From contig CADCNH010000005.1 in the NCBI GenBank assembly GCA_902802755.1, forward strand, positions 30,634 to 94,633: a stretch of DNA of 64,000 nt, read 5' to 3'. Source of the stretch: an uncultured Bacteroidota bacterium. GTDB taxonomy: Bacteria; Bacteroidota; Bacteroidia; Bacteroidales; WCHB1-69. A program made the position numbers and the translations under genes. Shown here piece after piece: positions 1 through 8,649 of this stretch. Each line of letters begins with the position of its first letter. The first letter of the stretch is position 1. The notes beneath the pieces were generated by a model that searched no databases, was not told the DNA's origin, and was given only the letters and a program-made list of their open reading frames with translations.

Positions 1-1
1 G

Positions 2-472
2 ATTACCCGCCACCCCTTCCCTGGTCCAGGACTGGCCGTGCGTATCTTGGGTGATATCACCCCCGAAAAAGTGCGTATTCTGCAAGATGCCGACGATATT
101 TTCATCCAAGGGCTTCGCGATTGGAAGGTAAAACTGAGTGGCGAGGATGCCCGCAAAGTATTGGCCGCCGGTGTGCCCGCCAATATGAGCAATGGCGAAA
201 TAGAAGTCTCTTTATACGATCAGATTTGGCAGGCTGGTGTGATTCTGCTGCCTATCAAGAGTGTGGGCGTGATGGGCGATGAGCGTACTTACGAGCGTGC
301 TGTGGCCCTCCGTGCTGTGACCAGCACCGACGCCATGACTGCCGACTGGGCTCATCTGCCCTACGAATTCATGGCGAAAGTGTCCAACGAGATCATCAAC
401 AAGGTGAAGGGTGTGAACAGAGTATGCTATGACATCAGCTCCAAACCACCCGCAACTATCGAGTGGGAATAG
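2..472 (+). CDS. guaA: GMP synthase (glutamine-hydrolysing), C-terminal part; 5' end outside window
   Basis: The frame is open from nt 2 ([17 protein letters not shown]...). [10 protein letters not shown]...[11 protein letters not shown] is the conserved GMP synthase C-terminal domain. The listed ORF 38..472 is only its Met-initiated tail. Confidence 0.9.
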   Translation: MTRHPFPGPGLAVRILGDITPEKVRILQDADDIFIQGLRDWKVKLSGEDARKVLAAGVPANMSNGEIEVSLYDQIWQAGVILLPIKSVGVMGDERTYERAVALRAVTSTDAMTADWAHLPYEFMAKVSNEIINKVKGVNRVCYDISSKPPATIEWE

Positions 473-526
473 AATAAATGTGTTAAAGAGCAATAATAAA
501 TAAAATCATATTTTAATCATTGAATT

Positions 527-760
527 ATGGCTTTAATACAGTGTCCCCATTGTGGATCCCAAATCTCAGATAAAGAAAAAATTTGCCCTCAATGTGGCAG
601 AAAAACGAAAAAATTACCGTTGGTTTACCATGTCATATTTGTTTTACTGATTATAGCAGTAGGTGTTTTAACATACATCTTATGGGATTCTAAATCCAGT
701 GAGGCAAGCACAACAGAAACAATAGCAGTGGATTCGCTGACAGTAAATCAAAATTTGTAA
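527..760 (+). CDS. small zinc-ribbon membrane protein
   Basis: N-terminal CPHCG...CPQCG zinc-ribbon motif followed by one hydrophobic helix (VYHVIFVLLIIAVGVLTYILW). Confidence 0.5.
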   Translation: MALIQCPHCGSQISDKEKICPQCGRKTKKLPLVYHVIFVLLIIAVGVLTYILWDSKSSEASTTETIAVDSLTVNQNL

Positions 761-799
761 GGGTTTTATTCGATAGAAAAATACAAAAACACAATAAAA

Positions 800-1900
800 A
801 TGAATCGCTTCATCATTTCTGGCGGCGGCACCGGTGGTCACATTTTTCCGGCTCTCGCTATTGCCAATGGTTTGAAAAAGGCTATCCCTGATGCTGAGAT
901 TTTGTTTATAGGGGCAAATGGTAAAATGGAGATGAAAAGAGTCCCCGAAGCAGGTTATCCCATTGAGGGACTGGATGTTTATGGCATTAACCGCAGCCTT
1001 TCACTGAAGGCCTTGGCCAATAATGTCAAACTGCCGTTTGTGCTGATGAAAACCATGCGTCGGGCTAAGCAGATTATCCGTGATTTCAAGCCTGATATGG
1101 CCATTGGAGTAGGAGGCTTTGCCAGCGGTCCCGCCTTGAAAGCCGCCAGCAGTTTGGGCATACCAACCATTCTGCAGGAGCAGAACTCATATCCTGGTGT
1201 TACCAATAAGATTTTGGCTGCCAAAGCGAAAAAGATTTGCGTAGCCTACGATGGACTGGAAAAATATTTTCCGGCTGAGAAAATCATTAAAACGGGTAAT
1301 CCTATCCGTGCTGAAATCCTGAATATGGTGCGGAAGGATGATAAGGCCTACGAGTTCTTCGGTTTTTCCAAGGAAAAGAAAACCATTTTGGTGGTGGGCG
1401 GAAGTTTGGGTGCCCGTACCATCAACCAGTGCATGGAAAAGGGCCTCGACAGATTGAAAGAGATGAATGTGCAGCTGCTTTGGCAGACGGGTGAGTTGTT
1501 TTACAAAAACATTTCTCCCGAATTACTGGCCCGTCAGAATGAGAGCATCAAGATTGTGCCTTTCATTAAAAACATGAATGATGCCTATAGTATGGCGGAT
1601 GTGATTGTTTCGCGTGCCGGTGCGTTGGCCATTGCCGAGCTGTGTGTGGTGGGTGTGCCTACCATCTTGGTGCCATTCCCCTTCGCAGCTGAAGACCATC
1701 AGACCAAGAATGCCCAGGCTTTGGTGGACAAGGATGCGGCCATCATGATTCCGGATAATCAGGCGGAAAATCAATTGATGGATCAGTTAGTCAGTCTGAT
1801 TCAGGATGAAAACAGATGCCAAACCATGGGCGAAAACATTCTCAAACTCGCCCAACCAGATGCGATAGACTTGATAATCAAAGAAATACTTTCCAATTAA
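800..1900 (+). CDS. murG: UDP-GlcNAc:lipid I N-acetylglucosaminyltransferase MurG (GT28)
   Basis: N-terminal GGGTGGHIFPALAIA loop, C-terminal EDHQTKNA motif, 366 aa. Confidence 0.85.
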   Translation: MNRFIISGGGTGGHIFPALAIANGLKKAIPDAEILFIGANGKMEMKRVPEAGYPIEGLDVYGINRSLSLKALANNVKLPFVLMKTMRRAKQIIRDFKPDMAIGVGGFASGPALKAASSLGIPTILQEQNSYPGVTNKILAAKAKKICVAYDGLEKYFPAEKIIKTGNPIRAEILNMVRKDDKAYEFFGFSKEKKTILVVGGSLGARTINQCMEKGLDRLKEMNVQLLWQTGELFYKNISPELLARQNESIKIVPFIKNMNDAYSMADVIVSRAGALAIAELCVVGVPTILVPFPFAAEDHQTKNAQALVDKDAAIMIPDNQAENQLMDQLVSLIQDENRCQTMGENILKLAQPDAIDLIIKEILSN

Positions 1901-1934
1901 TAATTAATAATGAACAATGAATAATTATTAATTG
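1894..1934. terminator. perfect 13-bp inverted repeat (CAATTAATAATTA / TAATTATTAATTG), 15-nt loop, between convergent genes
   Basis: Read directly. It overlaps the murG stop codon (1898-1900). It is followed by a tandem TGTCAACTATCAA(T/C) repeat at 1938-1965. Confidence 0.45.
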
Positions 1935-1975
1935 TCGCTGTCAACTATCAATTGTCAACTATCAACTATTAATTA

Positions 1976-3220
1976 TTAATTGTTAACTGCTCGGTAGTAC
2001 ATCGTCGTCTCTTGCTCCTGACGAAACATATTGCTATACAGTGAGTTAATCTGTTCTTCGCTGACAGCAAAATAGCGGTTGGTCTCATCGTTGAAATCTT
2101 CCGCACAGCTGAAACATTCTGCCACAGCTAAGGAAGAAGAGCGGTCTTCTATCTTAATGTCATTCTGAAGAATAATGGATTCCACCCGGTTCTTTACTTT
2201 CTGCAAATCATGGGTATTGATGCAGTTCTGGGGCAGTTGATATAGGTAATCAGAAAGGCGTTTGTCGGCTTCCTCAATGTTGACTCCTTCTGCGGGACGT
2301 CCACCTACAATAAAGATGCCTGGATCCAATGTTCCTGTAATGTATGCGCTTATGTCAGTGAAAATGGCATCCTCCATTACGAATTTCTTGTAAAGATAGG
2401 AAGATTGCCCGCTACCGAATAAATCGGATAACATGTCGTAAGCATAAAAATCCCGTGTCAATCGTCCGCAGGCTGGCCAACCTTTGAAAAGCATATCGGC
2501 AGGCACATTCCGTCTATATTCCACAAAACGCTTTTCTCTTTGCGGGTCTTCTTGGGGATATTGTTTTATTATGGTTTGTCCTGCTGGAATCGGTCCAAAC
2601 CATTTCTCCACTAAAGGCACAATCTGCTCAAATCTCACATCTCCCGCAATGGTCAGCACCGCATTATTGGGTCGGTAAAAACGATAGAAGAAATTCTTCA
2701 TGTCATCCATGCTGACTTTCTCAATATGGCTGATTTCCTTGCCGATAGGCAGCCATTGATAAGGATGTTTCTGGAAATAAAACTGGTTGTACAGCAGCCA
2801 TAGGTCTCCGTATGGTCGGTTCAGGAAGTTCTCTTTGAATTCCTCTATGACCACATGTTTCTGTATGTCTAATTTTTCCTGCTGAAAAGCGAGTTCCAGC
2901 ATACGGTCGGACTCCAGCCAAAGGGCATGTTCAATGTTGACGGCAGGCAGTGTGATGTAGTAATGCGTGATGTCTTGTGTGGTGTAGGCGTTGTTGATGG
3001 CTCCTACGCTTTGCAGCTGCGCGTCGTAGTCGGCAATATTCTTGGAACCTGTGAACATGAAATGCTCGAATAGATGCGCCATGCCAGTCATGTCGGGATT
3101 TTCATCCCTTGAACCGACATTATACACCACATTACAAGAAGCCAATGGTGTGCTGTGATCCTCATGTACAATAAGCCTCAATCCATTGGCTAAAATATGT
3201 CTTTTAAATTGTAGTGGCAT
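1976..3220 (-). CDS. M16 (pitrilysin/insulinase) family zinc peptidase
   Basis: Inverted zinc motif HLFEHFMFTGS (HxxEH) near the N-terminus; 414 aa, typical M16 size. Confidence 0.8.
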   Translation of the reverse strand: MPLQFKRHILANGLRLIVHEDHSTPLASCNVVYNVGSRDENPDMTGMAHLFEHFMFTGSKNIADYDAQLQSVGAINNAYTTQDITHYYITLPAVNIEHALWLESDRMLELAFQQEKLDIQKHVVIEEFKENFLNRPYGDLWLLYNQFYFQKHPYQWLPIGKEISHIEKVSMDDMKNFFYRFYRPNNAVLTIAGDVRFEQIVPLVEKWFGPIPAGQTIIKQYPQEDPQREKRFVEYRRNVPADMLFKGWPACGRLTRDFYAYDMLSDLFGSGQSSYLYKKFVMEDAIFTDISAYITGTLDPGIFIVGGRPAEGVNIEEADKRLSDYLYQLPQNCINTHDLQKVKNRVESIILQNDIKIEDRSSSLAVAECFSCAEDFNDETNRYFAVSEEQINSLYSNMFRQEQETTMYYRAVNN

Positions 3221-3294
3221 TCTTTCGAATTAGAAATTAGAACTTGATTTGCGGTGGAACCACAAACTATGCATAGGCTATCCATTCAATCTGT

Positions 3295-5601
3295 TTATCG
3301 TATGAGGTTGATAGAACCGGTTTTGATCAATTCCTGTTTCAGATTATTATAACGGATATAATTGATGTAATAAGTATAAACACCTGAAGGACATTCTTTT
3401 CCGTTTAAGGTACCATCCCATCCGATTTCGGGATTATCGGAATAGAATATTAATCCGCCATTTCTGTCATAAATCATGATATAATATTTAGCCACACAGG
3501 CCACAACAGGTAAGAACACGTCGTTAAGTCCATCTTTGTTGGGTGTGAAAGTGTTGGGCACAAAGAGCACATGGTTATCCACCACAGGGACAGGAGCCAT
3601 ATATACATCCTGACAATTGGCATCATCGGTCACAGTAAGGATGACATTGTAATTTTCGCTGTTTTCGGAGTTGTATACATGAGTGGGATTCTCCTCATTA
3701 CTGTTGGTTCCGTCGCCAAAACTCCAGGAATAATGAACGTTCAAGCCTTCTGATTGATTGGTAAATAAGACTTCCTGACCAACTTCGGCTTCCGCTGGAT
3801 CAAAGATGAATTGTGCGGTAGGTTGTTGTCCGGCATTAATATAATTGCTGAGCGTGACAGTTGCGTCACAAGGTTCCGCCTCGTATGCATGATAAGTTAT
3901 AGAATAGCGCCCGGGTTCTGTAAAAAGAAAACTTGTATTGTCGCCATAAATAGTGGTGTCGGGTGTGTTAGCGGAGGAAATTGTCCATTCGTGAGTGCTG
4001 GCGGGAGTAGCCGTGGATTTGAATGTAACCTCCTCGGGCACACATATTTCGTTGGGACTGATATGATAATGTCCTGCCAGTTCAGGAGTGCTGGTAATGA
4101 GAGCGGTATGGTAGCATGTGTCCGTCATACAACCCCAACGGTCACTGACAATAACTTGGAAGGTGGTGTTCTGAGTAATATTGCAATTGCTTTCTCTGGC
4201 ATTAGGAGTAGCTAATCCAGTGGAAGGTGTCCACTGGTATCTTAAAGCTCCGTCGGTGCCTCCTTCCATTTGTATGGCTACATGCTCGCATCGGTCACAA
4301 TAAAAAATGGTATCACTGGTGATTGTGAATTTTTTATTGTCAGTTAAAATATATTTGATAGTATCGTATTGTGCTCTTTCGTCCCTATGACCATCCAGAT
4401 ATCTGAAATTGGGACACAAGATGCTTTTGAATACAAGTTGGGCTCTTTTTGACTGATTTGGGGCAAACTGTGCACTTTCTTTGATATCCATTTTCAATCG
4501 AATAAGGGTGTCGCCTTCTGGAAAATAAATAGTGTCTCCATGATGTAAGGTGTCAATCAGATTATTTGAGCGAAGACGGATTACGTAAAAATCCTCTTCA
4601 TTGGCAGTACCTCCATCGCAATAAAAGACAATGTTCATAGATGATTCCAATGGCTCTCCATAATGAATGTCAATGTCAGCACCTTTGCAATTTTTAATCA
4701 ACGTGTCAAATCCCATTGTAATACTGTCGGTAACGCTTATTTCTTTGGGCAACTTGAAACTGCCTTTCTCCAAGAACACTCCTGAATCGTATGCTCCATC
4801 AGAAACATTGGCAATGGAAATTTTCATTTTATATTCTGAACAGGCACAAAGTGGGGCGTCGGCAACCAAATTGGTTGTGAAACCATCATATTCGATAGCC
4901 CCTCCTGAGTTGCTTCGGTAAAATTGGGAATAAGTTAATACACAAGGGGTGGCAGATCCAGCAGATGTTCCATTGTTTAAAGTGTTGATAGAAACAGGAA
5001 GACCTCCACTACCGGGTATAATCGCCATGTTTTTAGTGACATTGCCTGGACTTCCGAAGGGATCTGGTCCATAGAGAAAGAAACCGAATACGTCATTGAA
5101 GGAGGAACATACAAACTCAGGATATTCTTCAGAAGCAAAAATATAGTTGAAAGATACAACGTTGGTATATTCATTTCTTCCACTGTAAAAGTTGAACTCC
5201 AATACAGACGCATTGTTGAGAGGCTGTCCTGAAGCCACAAGTGGCTGTAAATCAGGATCCACAGTGGCGTGATTAACACCTGTGGTGCTACTTTCACTAG
5301 GAGAGGAATTAGGTCCTTCGGCAACACTGATATTACCAGTGGTAAGCAAAACTCCCGAGTTAAATGGGAATTGGGGATTAGTATTGGCAAAGGTGCCCAC
5401 TTGTGAGCCGTTGATGGTACTGGAACTCCAATTGAACTTGCAGTTATACAGTTTTACATCTTCTCCCGCAAAATACCTGTTGAGGAAGGTATCGGGCAGC
5501 AAACCATTAGCAGGTGTGGTCGTAATGGATTGGCTATACCCCGTTATGATGCACAGGCAGGCGATAAAACTGATAAGCAATCTTTTATATAAATTTCTCA
5601 T
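3295..5601 (-). CDS. secreted adhesin-like protein: choice-of-anchor-L-like N-domain, PKD-like repeats, T9SS type-B C-terminal sorting domain
   Basis: Signal peptide. The ASEEYPEFV...FNDVFGFFL segment is typical of choice-of-anchor L. The C-terminus FVPNTFTPNKDGLNDVFLP...GVYTYYI is the gliding-associated/type-B CTD signature. Confidence 0.75.
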   Translation of the reverse strand: MRNLYKRLLISFIACLCIITGYSQSITTTPANGLLPDTFLNRYFAGEDVKLYNCKFNWSSSTINGSQVGTFANTNPQFPFNSGVLLTTGNISVAEGPNSSPSESSTTGVNHATVDPDLQPLVASGQPLNNASVLEFNFYSGRNEYTNVVSFNYIFASEEYPEFVCSSFNDVFGFFLYGPDPFGSPGNVTKNMAIIPGSGGLPVSINTLNNGTSAGSATPCVLTYSQFYRSNSGGAIEYDGFTTNLVADAPLCACSEYKMKISIANVSDGAYDSGVFLEKGSFKLPKEISVTDSITMGFDTLIKNCKGADIDIHYGEPLESSMNIVFYCDGGTANEEDFYVIRLRSNNLIDTLHHGDTIYFPEGDTLIRLKMDIKESAQFAPNQSKRAQLVFKSILCPNFRYLDGHRDERAQYDTIKYILTDNKKFTITSDTIFYCDRCEHVAIQMEGGTDGALRYQWTPSTGLATPNARESNCNITQNTTFQVIVSDRWGCMTDTCYHTALITSTPELAGHYHISPNEICVPEEVTFKSTATPASTHEWTISSANTPDTTIYGDNTSFLFTEPGRYSITYHAYEAEPCDATVTLSNYINAGQQPTAQFIFDPAEAEVGQEVLFTNQSEGLNVHYSWSFGDGTNSNEENPTHVYNSENSENYNVILTVTDDANCQDVYMAPVPVVDNHVLFVPNTFTPNKDGLNDVFLPVVACVAKYYIMIYDRNGGLIFYSDNPEIGWDGTLNGKECPSGVYTYYINYIRYNNLKQELIKTGSINLIR

Positions 5602-5620
5602 GGTGATAAATTAGGATTTT

Positions 5621-6571
5621 TTATTTCGAAAACATACTGTCGTTCATGACAATTCTGACAAGTACTCCAAAATTATAAGAGAAATCCTTATAACCTTCCA
5701 AACCAAACTTGCCTGCGTTAAAGTAAAAACACGGGTCCAGCGAAACATACTTGTTGAAGGCCAGTTTCAATCCGGCAGCAGCGGAAAAACCAAAGCCTGG
5801 TCCTCCATATTTGACAATGGATCCGTCGGATTGTATGCCAGGCACATAGTTCTGTAGATTGTTGATGAAACTGTAACTTTTCAGTTTGTTCTTGTTGGCG
5901 TCATAAAATACCGCATCCATGCTCTTTACACGCACAAAGTTGAATTGTACTCCAGCTTCAAGAAAGGGCTTGACAATGGATTTGGTGCTAAAATGATAAC
6001 AAACAGAAAGGTCTATCAGAGAACGGTCTTCCTTGCCTAAAATATACTGGTTGTCCAACATGCCAGTGTGATAATTTCCTGGTACTGCCTCGTAGAGTAT
6101 TCGGAACTGCCCGTTGGCTTTGAGCCGCGAAAAGGAATATACCAATTGCAAACTCCAATTTTTTGTGAATTTGTATCGTATGCCCAACTGAATCATTACA
6201 GCTACCCGATATTTCATATTACCTAAGGGTCCGCCATAATGAATGGAATCGCTGATGAAGGGGTAATGCTCCTTGATCATAGTATAGATGTCACGATAAC
6301 GGTACGTGTTTTCAAACAAGTAGTCGAGCCCGTTTTCATTGTTGTAGTTCCCATTGTAGTATTGTGCATTATACTTGGAACCAAAATAGCATCCTCCGGC
6401 GAAAATAATGTCAAAACCCTTGTCCTTGATATTGTCATCATCGTTTTTTTCTTGGGTATTCTGGGAGGAATGGGATTTGCTGGTAGAGGAATAGCGTGCC
6501 CCATTTCCGCTTTGTGCAAAAGTGGCTGTGCAGAATATCAACATCAGAAAAACGATAACAATATTTTTCAT
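5621..6571 (-). CDS. exported protein, probable outer-membrane beta-barrel (unknown function)
   Basis: Signal peptide (FCTATFAQ), alternating aromatic/Gly-rich strands, Asn/Tyr-rich composition. No recognisable family motif. Confidence 0.5.
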   Translation of the reverse strand: MKNIVIVFLMLIFCTATFAQSGNGARYSSTSKSHSSQNTQEKNDDDNIKDKGFDIIFAGGCYFGSKYNAQYYNGNYNNENGLDYLFENTYRYRDIYTMIKEHYPFISDSIHYGGPLGNMKYRVAVMIQLGIRYKFTKNWSLQLVYSFSRLKANGQFRILYEAVPGNYHTGMLDNQYILGKEDRSLIDLSVCYHFSTKSIVKPFLEAGVQFNFVRVKSMDAVFYDANKNKLKSYSFINNLQNYVPGIQSDGSIVKYGGPGFGFSAAAGLKLAFNKYVSLDPCFYFNAGKFGLEGYKDFSYNFGVLVRIVMNDSMFSK

Positions 6572-6650
6572 GAATCTTGGTTTGCTTGTTTTTTCAGGGC
6601 ATATTTTTTATAGACGGCAAATCTCAATATTTGTTGCATCAAATTTTGTG

Positions 6651-6689
6651 GGGATTGAATACACCCATAAAATGGGGGTATTCAATCTC
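6651..6689 (-). terminator. long hairpin immediately downstream of lpdA
   Basis: GATTGAATACACCCAT-aaa-ATGGGGGTATTCAATC forms a 16-bp stem with one mismatch. It starts 7 nt past the lpdA stop. Confidence 0.55.
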
Positions 6690-6695
6690 TATTTG

Positions 6696-8090
6696 TTACA
6701 AATGCACACATTCTCCGTAAGCGGCGGCAGCGGCTTCCATAATGCCTTCTGACAGAGTGGGGTGTGGGTGTACGGCATGGATGATGTCGGGTCCCGTCAC
6801 CTTCATGCTGCGGGCTAATACAGCACCGGAAATCATCTCGGTCACATTGTCACCAATGAGATGGCAACCGAGCCATTCACCCGTGTTCTTGTCAAAAATA
6901 AGTTTCACCATACCGTCGCGACTGCCAGAAGCTGTAGCCTTGCCGGATGCAGTGAAGGGGAATTTGCCAATGAGTATTTCACGGCCTTGCTCGATGCACT
7001 TGCGCTCGGTCAAGCCTACGGAAGCTATTTCCGGAGTGGTGTAAGTACATCCTGGAATATTACTGTAATCTACCGGTTTTGGATCCAAGCCGGCAATTTT
7101 CTCTACACATACCAAGGCTTCGTGTGAGGCCACATGGGCTAATGCGGGTCCGTGTACAATGTCGCCGATGGCGTAAATGCCTTCTTGGTTAGTGCGGTAA
7201 TAGTCGTCCACGGTGATTTTGCCTCTTTCGAAAGCCACCCCGTATTCTTCCAGACCAATACCTTCAATATTGGTGATGACACCTACGGCAGACAAAACAA
7301 TTTCGCATTCCAATTCGGTCATGTTGCCTTTGGCGTCTTTAACAGATACCTTGCATAATTCGCCTGTGGTATCCACACTTTCCACTGCGGCTGAGGTCAT
7401 GGTCTTGATGCCGGCCTTGCGGAAAGAACGCTCCAATTGTTTCGAAATTTCCTCGTCTTCAACGGGTACCAAGTTGGGCAGGTATTCCACAATGGTAACT
7501 TTGGTGCCCATAGAAGCATAGAAGAATGCCAATTCACTGCCGATAGCACCGGAACCCATCACCACCATGCTGACGGGTAGCTTGGGCAAAGTCAACGCTT
7601 CACGATAACCGATAATTTTTTTGCCATCCTGCTGTACATTGGGCAATGAACGTGAACGTGCACCTGTGGCAAGGATAATGTGTTGAGCTTCAATAATTTC
7701 TATGGTTCCATCGGCTTTGGTTACTTCCACTTTCTTGTCTTTGACAATCTTACCAAAACCGTTGATCACGTCCACATTGTTCTTTTTCAGGAGAAATTGC
7801 ACACCTTTGCTCATCATTTCTGCCACGGTACGGCTGCGTTTCACCACCGCCTCAAAGTCGGCTTTCACCTCACCTTCAATGCTGATGCCATAGTTGGCAG
7901 CATGTTTGGTGTAATTGAGCACTTGGGCTGATTTCAACAGCGCTTTGGTGGGAATACAGCCCCAATTGAGACAAATTCCACCGACTTCGGCGCGTTCAAC
8001 AATAGCAACTTTCATTTTCAACTGGCTCGCTCTGATGGCAGCCACGTAACCTCCGGGACCACTCCCAATGACAATCAAATCGTAATTCAT
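6696..8090 (-). CDS. lpdA: dihydrolipoyl dehydrogenase (E3)
   Basis: GSGPGGYVAAIRA FAD fold, redox-active GGICLNWGCIPTK disulfide motif, C-terminal HPHPTLSE interface motif. Confidence 0.9.
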   Translation of the reverse strand: MNYDLIVIGSGPGGYVAAIRASQLKMKVAIVERAEVGGICLNWGCIPTKALLKSAQVLNYTKHAANYGISIEGEVKADFEAVVKRSRTVAEMMSKGVQFLLKKNNVDVINGFGKIVKDKKVEVTKADGTIEIIEAQHIILATGARSRSLPNVQQDGKKIIGYREALTLPKLPVSMVVMGSGAIGSELAFFYASMGTKVTIVEYLPNLVPVEDEEISKQLERSFRKAGIKTMTSAAVESVDTTGELCKVSVKDAKGNMTELECEIVLSAVGVITNIEGIGLEEYGVAFERGKITVDDYYRTNQEGIYAIGDIVHGPALAHVASHEALVCVEKIAGLDPKPVDYSNIPGCTYTTPEIASVGLTERKCIEQGREILIGKFPFTASGKATASGSRDGMVKLIFDKNTGEWLGCHLIGDNVTEMISGAVLARSMKVTGPDIIHAVHPHPTLSEGIMEAAAAAYGECVHL

Positions 8091-8277
8091 GAGTTTTATA
8101 TTTCTTTTATTGAATAATTTAAAACATTAATCTGCAAAGATACAACTTTTTGTTGAATTATTTGTTTTTTGATTTGGGTTGTGAGGCTGAAAAATTAAAA
8201 TTTCTTAAAATGCTGCTATATCAAAAAAAATGTGTACTTTTGCCGCCGATAATTATTAACCAAAAAAACATTTAATC

Positions 8278-8448
8278 ATGGCTCATAAAATTGATCCGGA
8301 TCTCTGTGCAAGCTGTGGTACTTGTGCAGGAGAATGCCCTCAGGAAGCTATCTCTGAAGGTACTCCTTACACCATTAACCCCGATATGTGCATCGACTGT
8401 GGTGCATGTGCAGACGTTTGCCCCTGTGAAGCAATTCACCCGGAATAA
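8278..8448 (+). CDS. 2x[4Fe-4S] ferredoxin (56 aa; below the ORF-track size cutoff)
   Basis: My translation is MAHKIDPDLCASCGTCAGECPQEAISEGTPYTINPDMCIDCGACADVCPCEAIHPE. It has two CxxCxxCxxxCP clusters. A TActTTTG box lies upstream and a terminator downstream. Confidence 0.8.
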   Translation: MAHKIDPDLCASCGTCAGECPQEAISEGTPYTINPDMCIDCGACADVCPCEAIHPE

Positions 8449-8468
8449 GAGATTGAAAAACGAAAAAA

Positions 8469-8499
8469 GACGGCTCTTTTTCAAGGGCCGTTTTTTTTT
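8469..8499 (+). terminator. rho-independent terminator after ferredoxin
   Basis: ACGGCTC / GGGCCGT stem followed by T9. Confidence 0.7.
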
Positions 8500-8505
8500 A
8501 TCTTG

Positions 8506-8529
8506 TAGAGATGCCGTGGCGCGTCTCTA
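8506..8529. repeat. intergenic hairpin TAGAGATGC-n6-GCGTCTCTA plus downstream GCGTCTCT / CACGTTTCTGCAAA half-copies
   Basis: Read directly. A related hairpin lies at 13156-13179. Confidence 0.5.
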
Positions 8530-8604
8530 TAAGATAAATTACAATGCGTCTCTGCAAATTAATTATGGCACGTTTCTGCAAAAAAATCATAAAATTATTC
8601 ATTT

Positions 8605-8629
8605 TTCGGGAAAAATACGTACATTTGCA
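8605..8629 (+). promoter_or_regulatory. promoter module TTCGGGAA-N7-TACATTTGCA (Bacteroidota -7 box TAnnTTTG)
   Basis: The -7 box lies 22 nt upstream of the ATG at 8650. The same module with identical spacing occurs at 13206, 32006(-) and 59964(-). Confidence 0.6.
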
Positions 8630-8649
8630 CTTTTATTGAGATAAATACA

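Noticed and set aside
8272-8644. ORFs 8272..8484 (-) and 8291..8644 (+, 117 aa) in the track
   Set aside because: They overlap the much better supported 56-aa ferredoxin. They then run through its terminator, the hairpin repeats and the promoter of the next gene. They look like translations of non-coding repeats (…RDAVARLYK…).
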